A stretch of DNA of 64,000 bases from positions 41,230,001-41,294,000 of the forward strand of contig OZ024757.1 in the NCBI GenBank assembly GCA_964016885.1, in the 5' to 3' direction. Source of the DNA: Eledone cirrhosa (lineage: Eukaryota). The notes under the pieces were generated by a model. The model had not been told where the DNA came from, searched no databases, and saw only the letters and a program-made list of their open reading frames with translations. Numbering within the stretch: position 1 is the first letter of the stretch; each line of letters starts with the position of its first letter. Of this stretch, positions 53,441 to 64,000 are shown in pieces. The translations under genes were made by a program, and so were the position numbers.

Positions 53441-53464
53441 TTTATATTTATCAATCTAAAATCC

Positions 53465-53620
53465 AACTACTTCTACTTTTTCTTCATCCTCTTATTCCTA
53501 AGAGGGTCGTGAGGGACAGAGTCCTCAAACACTACTTCCAGCAGGTCCTGTCAGAAGCAACCACTTCCACCTGATCTGGCTGGATTCCTCAAGTGAGACC
53601 AGCCAACTCATGGATGTTAT
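53465..53620 (-). mobile_element. Second RTE-like 3' end family
   Basis: VASDRTCWK-type end; related copies at 35993-36050 and 36395-36485 (plus). Confidence 0.6.
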
Positions 53621-53977
53621 CCAACCTTCTTTTTCGGGTTTACCTCTTGGTCTCCTGCCGGGTCTCCTGCCGGGTCTCCTGCCGGGTCTCCTGCCGGTTG
53701 GTTTTGCTCATAAAGAGAAAATAGGTAGATATTATACTTAGGCGGAGTAGGAGGAGGAGGGAAGATGTAAGCAGGGAGGTAGGCGAGAAAGAGAGAGAGA
53801 AAGAAAGAGACAGATAGACAGACAGACACAGAGAGAGAGAGAGGCAGAGAGACAGAGAGAGAGAAAATATATGAAAGAAAGAGACAGATAGAAAGACAGA
53901 AAGAGAGAGAGATAGAAAGTGAAAGAAAGACAGACAGAAAGAGAGAGAGAAAGAGACAGATAGAGAGAGATAGAGAT

Positions 53978-54016
<39 letters not shown>

Positions 54017-54164
54017 GGATTGAAAGTAGCACTTTATAGTCAAGTCATAATAACGAAAGTAAAGATTGCTGGCAGCAAAAGTTACCAATTGCGGCTGTGA
54101 AGTTACCAAGTCTTCTGGGAGATCAACATGTTGAGTGAATGTTAATAGCAAAATATTTCACTTT

Positions 54165-54575
54165 ACTACTATCACTACTACTACTACTACTACTGCTGCT
54201 GCTACTACTGCTGCTGCTACTACTACTACTGCTGCTACTACTACTGCTGCTGCTACTACTACTACTACTGCTGCTGCTGCTACTACTACTACTACTACTG
54301 CTACTGCTGCTGCTGCTACTACTACTACTACTAGTGCTGCTTCTACTACTGCTGCTGCTACTACTACTACTGCTGCTACTACTGCTGCTACTACTGCTGC
54401 TGCTACTACTGCTGCTGCTACTACTGTTGCTACTGCTGCTGCTGCTGCTACTACTGCTGCTGCTGCTGCTACTGCTGCTACTACTACTACTACTACTACC
54501 ACTACTACTACTACGGCTAATACTACTACTGCTACTACTACTACTACTACTGCTAATACTACTACTGCAACTACC
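54165..54575. repeat. (CTA/CTG)n trinucleotide repeat
   Basis: Direct inspection. Confidence 0.97.
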
Positions 54576-54699
54576 TACAACTTACTATTCATCATCACCA
54601 TCATCATCGTTTAACGTCTTCCACGTTAATCTTCCATGCTAGCATCGGTTACTACTACTACTACCACTATTACTACTACTACGACTCCTACTGCAACTC

Positions 54700-54955
54700 G
54701 GGGAATTGGCAGTATCGGTAGAGGGTTGGACGCCATGCTTTCTAGCGTAGATTACATCCCTTTATGGTCTGAGTTCAAATCCCGCCGAGGTTGACTTTGC
54801 CTTTCATCCTTACGGGGTCGATAAAATAAAGTACCAGTAATATACTGGGTAATTGCTGGCCTTGTGCCTAAAGTAGAAACAATTATTACTAAAGGGCCAT
54901 AACTCTGACTCGAAGCAGAGTATCCGATGCTCTACCGATTCTGCCAATCCACCAG
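54700..54955. mobile_element. S1 SINE (plus, 54700-54885) and an inverted S1 head (54890-54955)
   Basis: Family match by eye. Confidence 0.82.
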
Positions 54956-55452
54956 TTCGGTCTAACAACAATGACACCTTTAACCAAATTTCTGCTTATA
55001 TCACATAATTGCCTTAAATGGTAAATTAAGCCTCCAGGATCAAATAAATACCTTGTCAGTATTATCTCAGATGGAAGGATGTAAAGGGTGGATGGATGGG
55101 TGTAAGGGGTGGGTGGGGAAGTGTAAGGGGTGGCGAACGTGTTTAAGGTTTTAGGGGTCAAATCTGAGAACAAGTATCAAATCAGCAAAGCTGACACTTT
55201 GGAAATTTCAGAATTTCAACTTCTAAATTTTATTAACATTTCTTGACCTTTTCTTGTCTGGAGTTTCCTCTCCAAGTTTTCATTACACACTTGGTGAGTG
55301 TGTGTATGTGTTGGCATGTGTTGTGTATGTGTGCGTATGTGTTGTGTATGTGTTGGTAGGTGTGTCTGTTTTGAGCATGTATGTATGTGTTGTTTTGTGA
55401 GTGTATGTAAGTGTGTGTATGACTGTGTATGTGTACAACTTTCTGTGCGTGT

Positions 55453-55488
<36 letters not shown>

Positions 55489-55664
55489 ATATGTGTATAT
55501 GAATGCATGAATGCTTGTATATATTTCTGTTTGGATGAATGTAAGCATGTGTATATGTATACATGCATGCGTATTTGTATTTGTGTCTGTTTGTTTGTAT
55601 GTGTACATGTGTATATATATATATATATATATGTATGTATACATATATGTATATATATATATCC

Positions 55665-56125
55665 TCATCATCATCATCATCATTTGACATCTGCTCCTCC
55701 CTGCTTGCAAGGGTGGGAGGGGTTCTATTCAGCACAGCATCTCTCTATTCGTCACAGTCCTTTGCCAACTCCTCCGTCCGTTTCAGCCATCTGAGGTCAC
55801 CTCTCACCCCCTCTGCCCATGTTTTTTGTGTTCTTCCTCTACTGCGTCTTCCTTCTACTGGAATTTCTTGGCACTTCTTTACCCAACGGTCATCTTCCAT
55901 TCGCATCACATGGCCATACCATCTCAGTCTTCTCTCCTGCACCCTACAGCTTATCCCTCTTATACACAGTTTCTCTCTCAACACATCCATGCTGGGTCGT
56001 TCACACACATTGACATTGCACATCCATCGAAGCATGATTGCTTCATTTCTCTCCAGCCATCACATATCCTCTGTAGTTGCTGCCCATGTCTCACTACCAT
56101 GCAGCATCGCACATCTCACACAGGC
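55665..56125 (-). mobile_element. RTE-clade LINE 3' fragment
   Basis: MLRWMCNV...VQERRLRWYGHVMRMEDDRWVKKCQEIPVEGRRSRGRTQKTW plus (GAT)n tail. Confidence 0.93.
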
Positions 56126-56905
56126 AAACAAATACATCGCCGATAAAATGAACATTTTGTAAATAATCTAATTTTGTAATAATTAATAAATAATAATTGT
56201 TTCTACGTTTGGCACAAGGCCACCAATTACCCAGTGCATTACTGGTACTTTATTTTATCGACCCCGTTAATGATTTCTGATTAGGGACAATGCCCAGATG
56301 GACTGAACACAAAACTATGTGGTTGCAAAGCAAATTCCTTAACAACACACACATACACACACATATATATATATACATACATATATACATACATATATGG
56401 CTGGTTTGAACAGAAATAGGTGAGAGAATTCTGACCGGATTCGGCCGGTTTAAATGCTAAAGGGTTAAACAGTGGCATGGGTTGAACAGGTTGTTATACC
56501 CCGAGACTTGACTGATCAGATGAGCATTTCTTTCTTGCTCATACGTTTTAGCTTGACATGGTTTCTACAGCTAGGAACTCTTGTTGGCTTCAACCTCTTT
56601 ACAGCATGTAGTCAATGACTTTCATCACAAAACCAACAGAACCAGCTTTATTATTTAAAATATTCTAAATAAATCATTGTAAAAAAAATAAATTAAAAAA
56701 ATAAACTATCTGAAAACACAAAAGACAAAAATGTAAAATAATAGAATTTAAAAAAATATTTTTTAATGCTAAAAAGCCAGAAAACTTTATGCAGTATATC
56801 TACATTTCCTGTGACAGAAACTTAGAAAAAGTATAATAAAGTATAATAAAAAATAGTAAAATAAGCCAGTTATTAAATGGTAAAGTATTCATTTTTAGCT
56901 TCATA

Positions 56906-56995
<90 letters not shown>

Positions 56996-57001
56996 ACATA
57001 T

Positions 57002-57032
<31 letters not shown>

Positions 57033-57065
57033 CATATGTATATATATATATATATATATGTATAC

Positions 57066-57103
<38 letters not shown>

Positions 57104-57105
57104 AC

Positions 57106-57141
<36 letters not shown>

Positions 57142-57143
57142 AC

Positions 57144-57191
<48 letters not shown>

Positions 57192-57193
57192 AC

Positions 57194-57251
<58 letters not shown>

Positions 57252-57253
57252 AC

Positions 57254-57295
<42 letters not shown>

Positions 57296-57297
57296 AC

Positions 57298-57339
<42 letters not shown>

Positions 57340-57341
57340 AC

Positions 57342-57390
<49 letters not shown>

Positions 57391-57501
57391 ACACCTTTGT
57401 CACTTTGTCTCCTGCATTGTTTAACAAAACAGAATGTTGAGGTTTTAATAAACTGAACACAGCTATCATCAATCAATGACAACAAGAACAGTGGGAAGAA
57501 G

Positions 57502-57538
<37 letters not shown>

Positions 57539-58432
57539 TGATTTCTTTATTCACTGCAAGGGTTAACGTCAAGAAAAACATTACATCAGCACAGGACGAA
57601 AACATTCAGTGTTTGTGTCTATGTATATATGTGTGTGTATGTATGTATGTGTGTCTGTGTGTGTGTGTGTATATATGTACGTGTGTATGCGTGTGGCCGT
57701 GTGTGGGTTTTGTGTGTGTGTTTATGTGTGTGTGTGTGTTTGTGTGTCTCTGTGTGTGTATGTCTGTCTATGTGTGTGTATGTATATGGTCGTGTGTGGG
57801 TTTTGTGTGTAAACAGTTTCAACAATTTCAAAAAAAAAAGGGAAAAAGCTAACAACAAAATTATAACAAAATGTTTTTCCTCGAGAGAGATGGTCTCTTG
57901 TGGAAAAACACCATAAGACCATGGTGAATAATGGTGATGGTGGGGGGGGGGTGATGGTGGTGATGATGGTAATGATGATGATGGAGATGATGGTGGTGAT
58001 GATGATGGTGATGATGGTAATAATAAAACTGAGCTAGTGTTAACCACAGCATGAAACAGAATGTAAAAAAAAAATGTTAAAATGCCCACCCTACCCACCT
58101 ACCCACACCACCATAAAAAAAAAACAAATAAGGTAGAAACCATTTTTTTTCTAGTCTCACCACAATTCATTGGGAGTAAATAATCTTCTTTTATAAACTG
58201 CCAACTCTGTTAGTTTGATAAATCTAATTCTTATTCAGATATCTCTATACATACATATATATATATATGTGTGTATATATATATATATATATAAAGTAAT
58301 AATATATATTTATATTTATGTATATATATGTATATATACATATTTATATATATATGTATATATACATATTTATATATATATATAATTTTTCATTCAATTA
58401 AATTTCAACAAAAGGTGTGCCTTACATGTAAC

Positions 58433-58566
<134 letters not shown>

Positions 58567-58970
58567 ACGTGTGTGCATATGTGTGTGAATATATAATATT
58601 TTAGGTATGTAGAAAAATTTTTAAGCATTTTTTTATATCTAAATTCTACATATACCTGCCAGAACTAATATCTCACAATCATGTTGTTTTTATTTCTATA
58701 TATCTATCTATTGGTTGCAGTCAAAGTACCATATAGTTAAGAAGTCAGCTTTACTCTTTATATCGGTTGGATCCTTGGTTCAGTCCCACTGGGCGTAATA
58801 TTGGGTATGTTACATGACATAGAGTGCTTAAATGTAATTACATCAGTATTCACTGATTGGTGTGATGTATAAGCAACAGGCAACATGAATGGACCTGTTA
58901 TTTTTCTCTAAAAATATTCTTTCCAATTCCACCCTAACCGTCCCTTCAATCTTTCTAATTTCTCATTCTT

Positions 58971-59006
58971 TCTACTGATGAAGGACTAGCATCCGAAACG
59001 TTAAGA
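58971..59006 (+). ncRNA. Family A minimal hammerhead (two substitutions), within element 58885-59093
   Basis: UCUA-CUGAUGA-A-GGAC(UAGC)AUCC-GAAA-CG-UU/AAGA. Confidence 0.75.
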
Positions 59007-59116
59007 CTCTCTTCCTGCTATTTCAAGTGTTAACCTAATATATTCCTTCCATATACTGTACCAATTGTGCTGTTATTTCTGTTTACCTTTTACATCTATC
59101 TATATATATATAGATA

Positions 59117-59325
59117 TAGTCCTGTAGAAGCCATTTCTATATTAAATATATATATAATATAGAAATGGCTTCTACAGGACTAGAACTGTTTCATTTGGGA
59201 GAAATCATCCTGAATGAAATAGTTCTAGTCCTGTAGAAGCCATTTCCATATTAATTATTTATACTCTGTTATGTATTGAGTACCTTACTTACTGTGGTTA
59301 CCCCCAATTGACCCCAGGATAAACA
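59117..59325 (+). mobile_element. Family C element with two successive inversions
   Basis: GTCCTGTAGAAGCCATTTC occurs +, -, + before the family tail. Confidence 0.78.
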
Positions 59326-59586
59326 TGTATGTAGAGATGACCCCTTAGCCTTTGTCAAGGCAGAATTCTAGGAGAAGGAAAACTCTGATATAACACCTGC
59401 AACCCTGATGGTATCCAATGATGTTGACTTGTTCTTCTTTTCGGTAAATATCATCTTGGTTAAGAGAGTGGGACTGGCTTTGTGCAGTGCCTTTGCTCAC
59501 TATAAAAGCTTCATGCCACAGGCATTGCTTTATATCTGGAGATCTCTCTGCACTTGTCATCACATGGTACCATGGACCCAGCACTA

Positions 59587-59676
59587 TGTGTCAATAATTG
59601 TCACAAGTATAGTGTTTGTACCAGAGTTTTCAAGTCGCTGGCTGGACTAAAAAGTCACACTCGTTCAGCGCATCAG
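59587..59676 (+). pseudogene. Degenerate C2H2 zinc-finger remnant, probably an RTE-type LINE C-terminus
   Basis: HKYSVCTRVFKSLAGLKSHTRSAH. Confidence 0.5.
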
Positions 59677-59736
59677 TGGGGGTTCTCCTACATGGATATA
59701 AAGTAGTGGCCGTACTCGAAAACGAGTTGGCAGCCA

Positions 59737-59773
<37 letters not shown>

Positions 59774-60139
59774 AAAGTTAAACAAGGTTCAATGAATACA
59801 TCAAAGAATGAGTTTTACAACAGTAAAAGGTTTTCCAGAGTTATTAATATTAATTCAAAATATTAACAAAATATTACACACACCCTCTCTATTGTTTGTA
59901 TTATGTTATATCATGTTCTCAATATTAGGGTATAAATATTGAGTTTTGTCATATGGTAATCACTACCATCACTGAATCTTAACCATCTACTATGTCAGGG
60001 TATGTCATGCATCATCTTATTTTATCTGATGAGGATGTACTGTTGAACTTAACTCAGTACCTCTGAAATATGTATAATAAAATATAATTGATCACAAGAA
60101 TATCTATTTTGTTAATATTTTGAATTTATATATATATAG

Positions 60140-61630
60140 TGCCTCTCTTATATTAATTATGCCTCCAACCACCCTAAGCAGACTCTCAACTCCATAGTCT
60201 ATAGTATCTCACATAGAATCTCGAGGCTATCCGCCAATGAGGATATCTTCAACCAAGCGGCTGATTACTACAATAGGGCCCTGATAAGCGCCGGCTTTAA
60301 CCGAGGAATTTCCTACATCCCTAACGCTAGCTCTAGAAACCACCCCCCTCATAAAACTAACGTTATAGTAAGCCATACCTATAACCGATCACGCGGCGAC
60401 CTCGTTAAAGTCGGATATAATAGAATAGATAACCGCACCAAAGATCACGTCCCCGGCGACGGTGAATACTGTAGATTACTCAAACTATTCCCCTATTACA
60501 AAACCAACAAAGGCGACGGCCTACTACCAACGCCTTCCAACCAACATCTTCGTGTACATAAACATGGAAGAGGTAGAAAGAGTGCACCCGAGCATAAAGT
60601 GAAAGGGGCACCGAACGGGCGACAGCGCATTAACACACATAAGAGCGATCACTTAGATGGAACCACCCATAGCAAAACTAAAAAGACACGTAATCGCCAC
60701 CGTAACGTCCTATGGTTCCACCCCCACCCCCCCTACTCTCGGAGTGTGGCCTCCAACATACCCAGGATATTTTTCGAAGCCTTAGAGAAGAACTTCCCGC
60801 CCAACTATAGGTATAGAAAAATTCTTAATAGGAACAATATAAAAATATCCTTCTCTACTACCCCTAACCTAGCAGACATCATAGGAACAACGAACCACAG
60901 TAAGATCACCAAGACACAGCACCTCAACACAGACGCACCTACACCTGACAATAACTACATCGGCCTTAACAACTCCCTGGCAGCATCCAATAGTGTTGGC
61001 AACGGCATCCGCAGACACAACCGGAATGACCGCGAAGTGACTGGGGAACATGCAGAACATGCCGTGCGGAATAACAATCGCACCATCCCGCGTGCTGTGG
61101 GTTGTAATTGTGCTAACGACAGCTGCGGTATTGTAGGTAACAACGTAGGCAGCAACAATGATAGCCTTACCGTGGGAAATAGACGGAACCGCGACAGAAA
61201 TTGCAACTGCCGCGACAGAGGACGCTGCCCCCTTAGAGGATACTGCTTGACTGATAGGGTTATATATAGATGCACTATTACTAGCCACAATAGCGTTAAA
61301 CATTATATAGGGGCCACCTCCGGCCCGTTCAAAATTAGGTTTCGAACACATCTCCACTCTTTCACAAATAGAAAACTAAGACACTCCACTTCGCTCGCGG
61401 ACTACATTACATCACTAAAGGACTCAAACATCAGCTTCTCCACGCACTGGGAGATTGTCGGCAGGGCTGCACCGTACAACTTAAAGAGGAAATGCGATCT
61501 TTGCCTCATGGAGCTCTACCACATCATAACTGCACCCCACGAGCTCATCAACAGCAGAGCTGAAACAGCGATAAGTTGTACACATCGCTTAAAAATTTCC
61601 TTCTTAAGATGGGTTAAGGATGAAGAGTGA
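60140..61630 (+). CDS. PLE polyprotein C-terminal fragment, about 496 aa, no start codon
   Basis: Frame is open upstream of the tracked 60599 start: YINYASNHP..ISHRISRLSANEDIFNQAADYYNRALISAGF; WFHPHPPYS; CNC-x5-C-x5-C; VIY..YIGAT..FKIRFRTH; KCDLCLME; INSRAE..CTH. Confidence 0.9.
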   Translation, partial: CLSYINYASNHPKQTLNSIVYSISHRISRLSANEDIFNQAADYYNRALISAGFNRGISYIPNASSRNHPPHKTNVIVSHTYNRSRGDLVKVGYNRIDNRTKDHVPGDGEYCRLLKLFPYYKTNKGDGLLPTPSNQHLRVHKHGRGRKSAPEHKVKGAPNGRQRINTHKSDHLDGTTHSKTKKTRNRHRNVLWFHPHPPYSRSVASNIPRIFFEALEKNFPPNYRYRKILNRNNIKISFSTTPNLADIIGTTNHSKITKTQHLNTDAPTPDNNYIGLNNSLAASNSVGNGIRRHNRNDREVTGEHAEHAVRNNNRTIPRAVGCNCANDSCGIVGNNVGSNNDSLTVGNRRNRDRNCNCRDRGRCPLRGYCLTDRVIYRCTITSHNSVKHYIGATSGPFKIRFRTHLHSFTNRKLRHSTSLADYITSLKDSNISFSTHWEIVGRAAPYNLKRKCDLCLMELYHIITAPHELINSRAETAISCTHRLKISFLRWVKDEE

Positions 61631-61934
61631 AATAGTACACTGGATCTCCCTGCAACAAGTCTTAACACCCCAGCGGGCAGGCGCTGCAAAATAACACCCA
61701 GAAAACAATCCTTGCATACCAGACCCAGCCTCAGACAAACGGATGCGGCAAAAAAAAAAAAAAAAAAAAAAAAATATTATCCGGGAAAGACTGCCCTAAC
61801 ACCGGCCAGAGTTACCTCCCTTGACCTGCTGCAAAATCAAAACAAGATATTTTTGCGAGCAATGAATCTTGATGTAGATTTAACCCCCAAAACTCTTTCC
61901 GAACTATATATGGAACACTTGTGATTATTTATGC

Positions 61935-61969
61935 CCTTGAGAAGTCCAACTGGGCGAAACGTACGTAGG
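61935..61969 (+). ncRNA. Minimal hammerhead with U3-A8 core in PLE pLTR
   Basis: CC-UUGAGAA-GUCC(AACU)GGGC-GAAA-CGUACG-UA/GG; palindromic ACGUACGU stem III; stem I only 2 bp. Confidence 0.72.
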
Positions 61970-62573
61970 TGATATTTTAAATAAACATGTTTTAACGGTC
62001 TATTCTCCGATTTTTTACTTTCCCACGTATATATATATATATATATATATATACTTCTGAAATCCTCACCAACGAAATTTCACTACACTTCTAGAAGAAA
62101 GGCATTGTTTAAGCTGGTACCACAGTTAGAAAACCCCCTTGTATCTTTGCACATGACAACACAACACAAAGTAGGACTAAACCCAGTCACACATGTTTAG
62201 TCAACAAACATCTTAACCACACAGCTACGTCAGGAAGGAAAGGTGGAGAGAGAGATTATTAGTGAAAACTTTAAATGGGTGTAATTGACATTGAGTATTA
62301 GTAGAGCAGCTAAGTTGCAAAAGTAACAACAAAATTGAAGATTTTCTTTCACTATAATAATCAATTTTAGTTTCCGAAGCCAAAATATGGAGATTTTCTG
62401 TTAACGGTACAACATGGCAGCAGACTTCTCCTTCTTCTCTTTCTTCTTCTTCTTTCTTCTTCTTCTTCACCATACTGATAATAAATAAGAGAGAGGTGTA
62501 CATGGCCGGTGGTGGTGTGAGATAAAGATAATTATATATATATAAATATACACACACACACACATATATATAA

Positions 62574-62605
<32 letters not shown>

Positions 62606-63142
62606 ATATAAATATATACACACACACACACACACATATATATAAATATATATATAATCGCATATAGATACACACATACACAAACACACACACAAACACA
62701 CACACACAAACACACACACACACACATATATATATAGAGAGAGAAAGGGGGTGAGAGAGGAGTGGGCTGAGAGAGGTATGGATGTACAGAGGTGTCAAAA
62801 TAATGACAAATGGGTATAATATAATATATACTTACATTTGATGTCAGGAATTTACATATGGAATATGTTAGGAGTTGCACTATTGAATATAGATGAATAC
62901 TAAAAGAGAGTTTCACACACATGCCCACACATGCATACATTCCTCCACACACACACCACACACACACATATGTATATATATATAAACATACACACACACA
63001 TACAAAGCCCCAAAACAGAGTCAAAGATATGCATATGTAGATGTACATATATAAATGTATAGATATAACCCATATATATATATACACACAGCTAGATATA
63101 AACAGACACACATTCACTCATGTACACACATATATATATGTA

Positions 63143-63331
63143 CAAGTGTAGGCTGAAACGTTCATAGGTTGACTATGAAGGAATGATGCTAGAGCTGTGA
63201 AATCTTGCATACATTAATTTCAATTCTTCTTATTAATTGTTCTTTCCATGGACTATGTTGAAAAATAAGACTCATTTGGTTATTCCATGAGAGTTTCTTG
63301 GTCAGCCTATGAACTCTTCAGCTGACCCTCA
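63143..63331. mobile_element. Old mariner-type MITE
   Basis: Imperfect TIRs GCTGAAACGTTCATAGGTTGAC / GTCAGCCTATGAACTCTTCAGC; TA flanks. Confidence 0.7.
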
Positions 63332-63345
63332 TATATAATATATGT

Positions 63346-63399
<54 letters not shown>

Positions 63400-63403
<4 letters not shown>

Positions 63404-63640
63404 TTATACTTGGGGAGGGTCATATTGTTGTAATAATATTGCCAGAAATAATAATAGAACACACTCACTGTTGGTTAGTTTTCACTTCTGTATCTTTTAT
63501 ATCTCCATAGTTAATTTATTTGGCAATCAATGTTTAACCAACGGTTAAAAATACAGATATAAATAAATATATATATAGTCTATCAAAGTTCTTTCGTTGC
63601 ACATCTGCAACATCATCAGTGGTACTATTATGTTTCCTCC
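63400..63640 (-). mobile_element. Solo pLTR-like element related to the 2571-3713 PLE 3' end
   Basis: Shares the GAAGTGAAA..GTGTGTT..ATGACCCTCCC(C)AAGTATAAC tail with 2630-2692, 29941-30013, 30620-30692 and 35351-35412. Confidence 0.8.
63581..63625 (-). ncRNA. Minimal hammerhead ribozyme
   Basis: CA-CUGAUGA-U-GUUGCA(GAUG)UGCAAC-GAAA-GAAC-UU/UG; same GAAC stem III as 2769-2813. Confidence 0.82.
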
Positions 63641-64000
63641 TGTTGTATTGTATGTCTATACCATGAAAAAATGGAAATCACAACGAAAACTACCAACAAC
63701 AATACCATCCCCAACAGCTCCACCACCAACACCAACAACACCACCACCACAATCAACCCCAACACCACAACCAATCCCACCATCAGCCACAACAACAACA
63801 ATAACACCACGAACACCACCACCACCAACAGCACCACCAACAGCAACACCACCAACACCAACACCACCAACACCACCAACACCACCACCAAACCCAACCA
63901 ACACCAACATCATCACCACCACCACCACAACAACTCCAATACCAACCATGACAACAACAATAAGTACCCTACACAGCGGAAATCCATCAATATGTTCATA

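Larger units (their letters stand above)
60140..62027 (+). mobile_element. 5'-truncated Penelope-like element (Hydra-group-like), flanked by (TA)n
   Basis: Open RT-thumb/linker/GIY-YIG frame, 3'UTR with internal A-run, variant HHR, AATAAA at 61980. Confidence 0.92.

Noticed and set aside
54135-54642. Poly-T/A/L ORFs (also 4631-5057, 36905-37439, 63628-63949)
   Set aside because: Trinucleotide repeats with no flanking gene structure
60869-61357. Antisense ORFs in the PLE
   Set aside because: Shadows of the plus-strand ORF with no motifs

Overview
Very AT-rich, microsatellite-dominated eukaryotic intronic/intergenic DNA. The repeat content (CORE- and Meta-type tRNA-SINEs with RTE tails, kb-long (TA)n) suggests a coleoid cephalopod, probably Octopus; this is inference. 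Nearly all ORFs in the supplied track are translations of simple repeats. Recognisable coding remnants are two 5'-truncated Penelope-like elements (PLEs) with C-terminal GIY-YIG endonucleases (2571-3713 minus; 60140-62027 plus) and several RTE and CR1/L2 LINE 3' ends. The main unexplained signal is about 10 good and about 6 degenerate type I hammerhead ribozyme (HHR) motifs found by eye. Two lie in the PLE 3' terminal repeats. The rest lie in at least six families of 150-350 bp non-coding elements embedded in (TA)n. Many of these are one-sided palindromes whose apex falls in the HHR core/stem II or at its predicted cleavage site. Two families use a compensated U3-A8 catalytic core, and several carry an antisense 5'-splice-site motif near the 3' end. 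(TA)n-centred inverted duplications and a few possible host exon remnants are also present. Repeat boundaries are approximate; no folding or database search was run.
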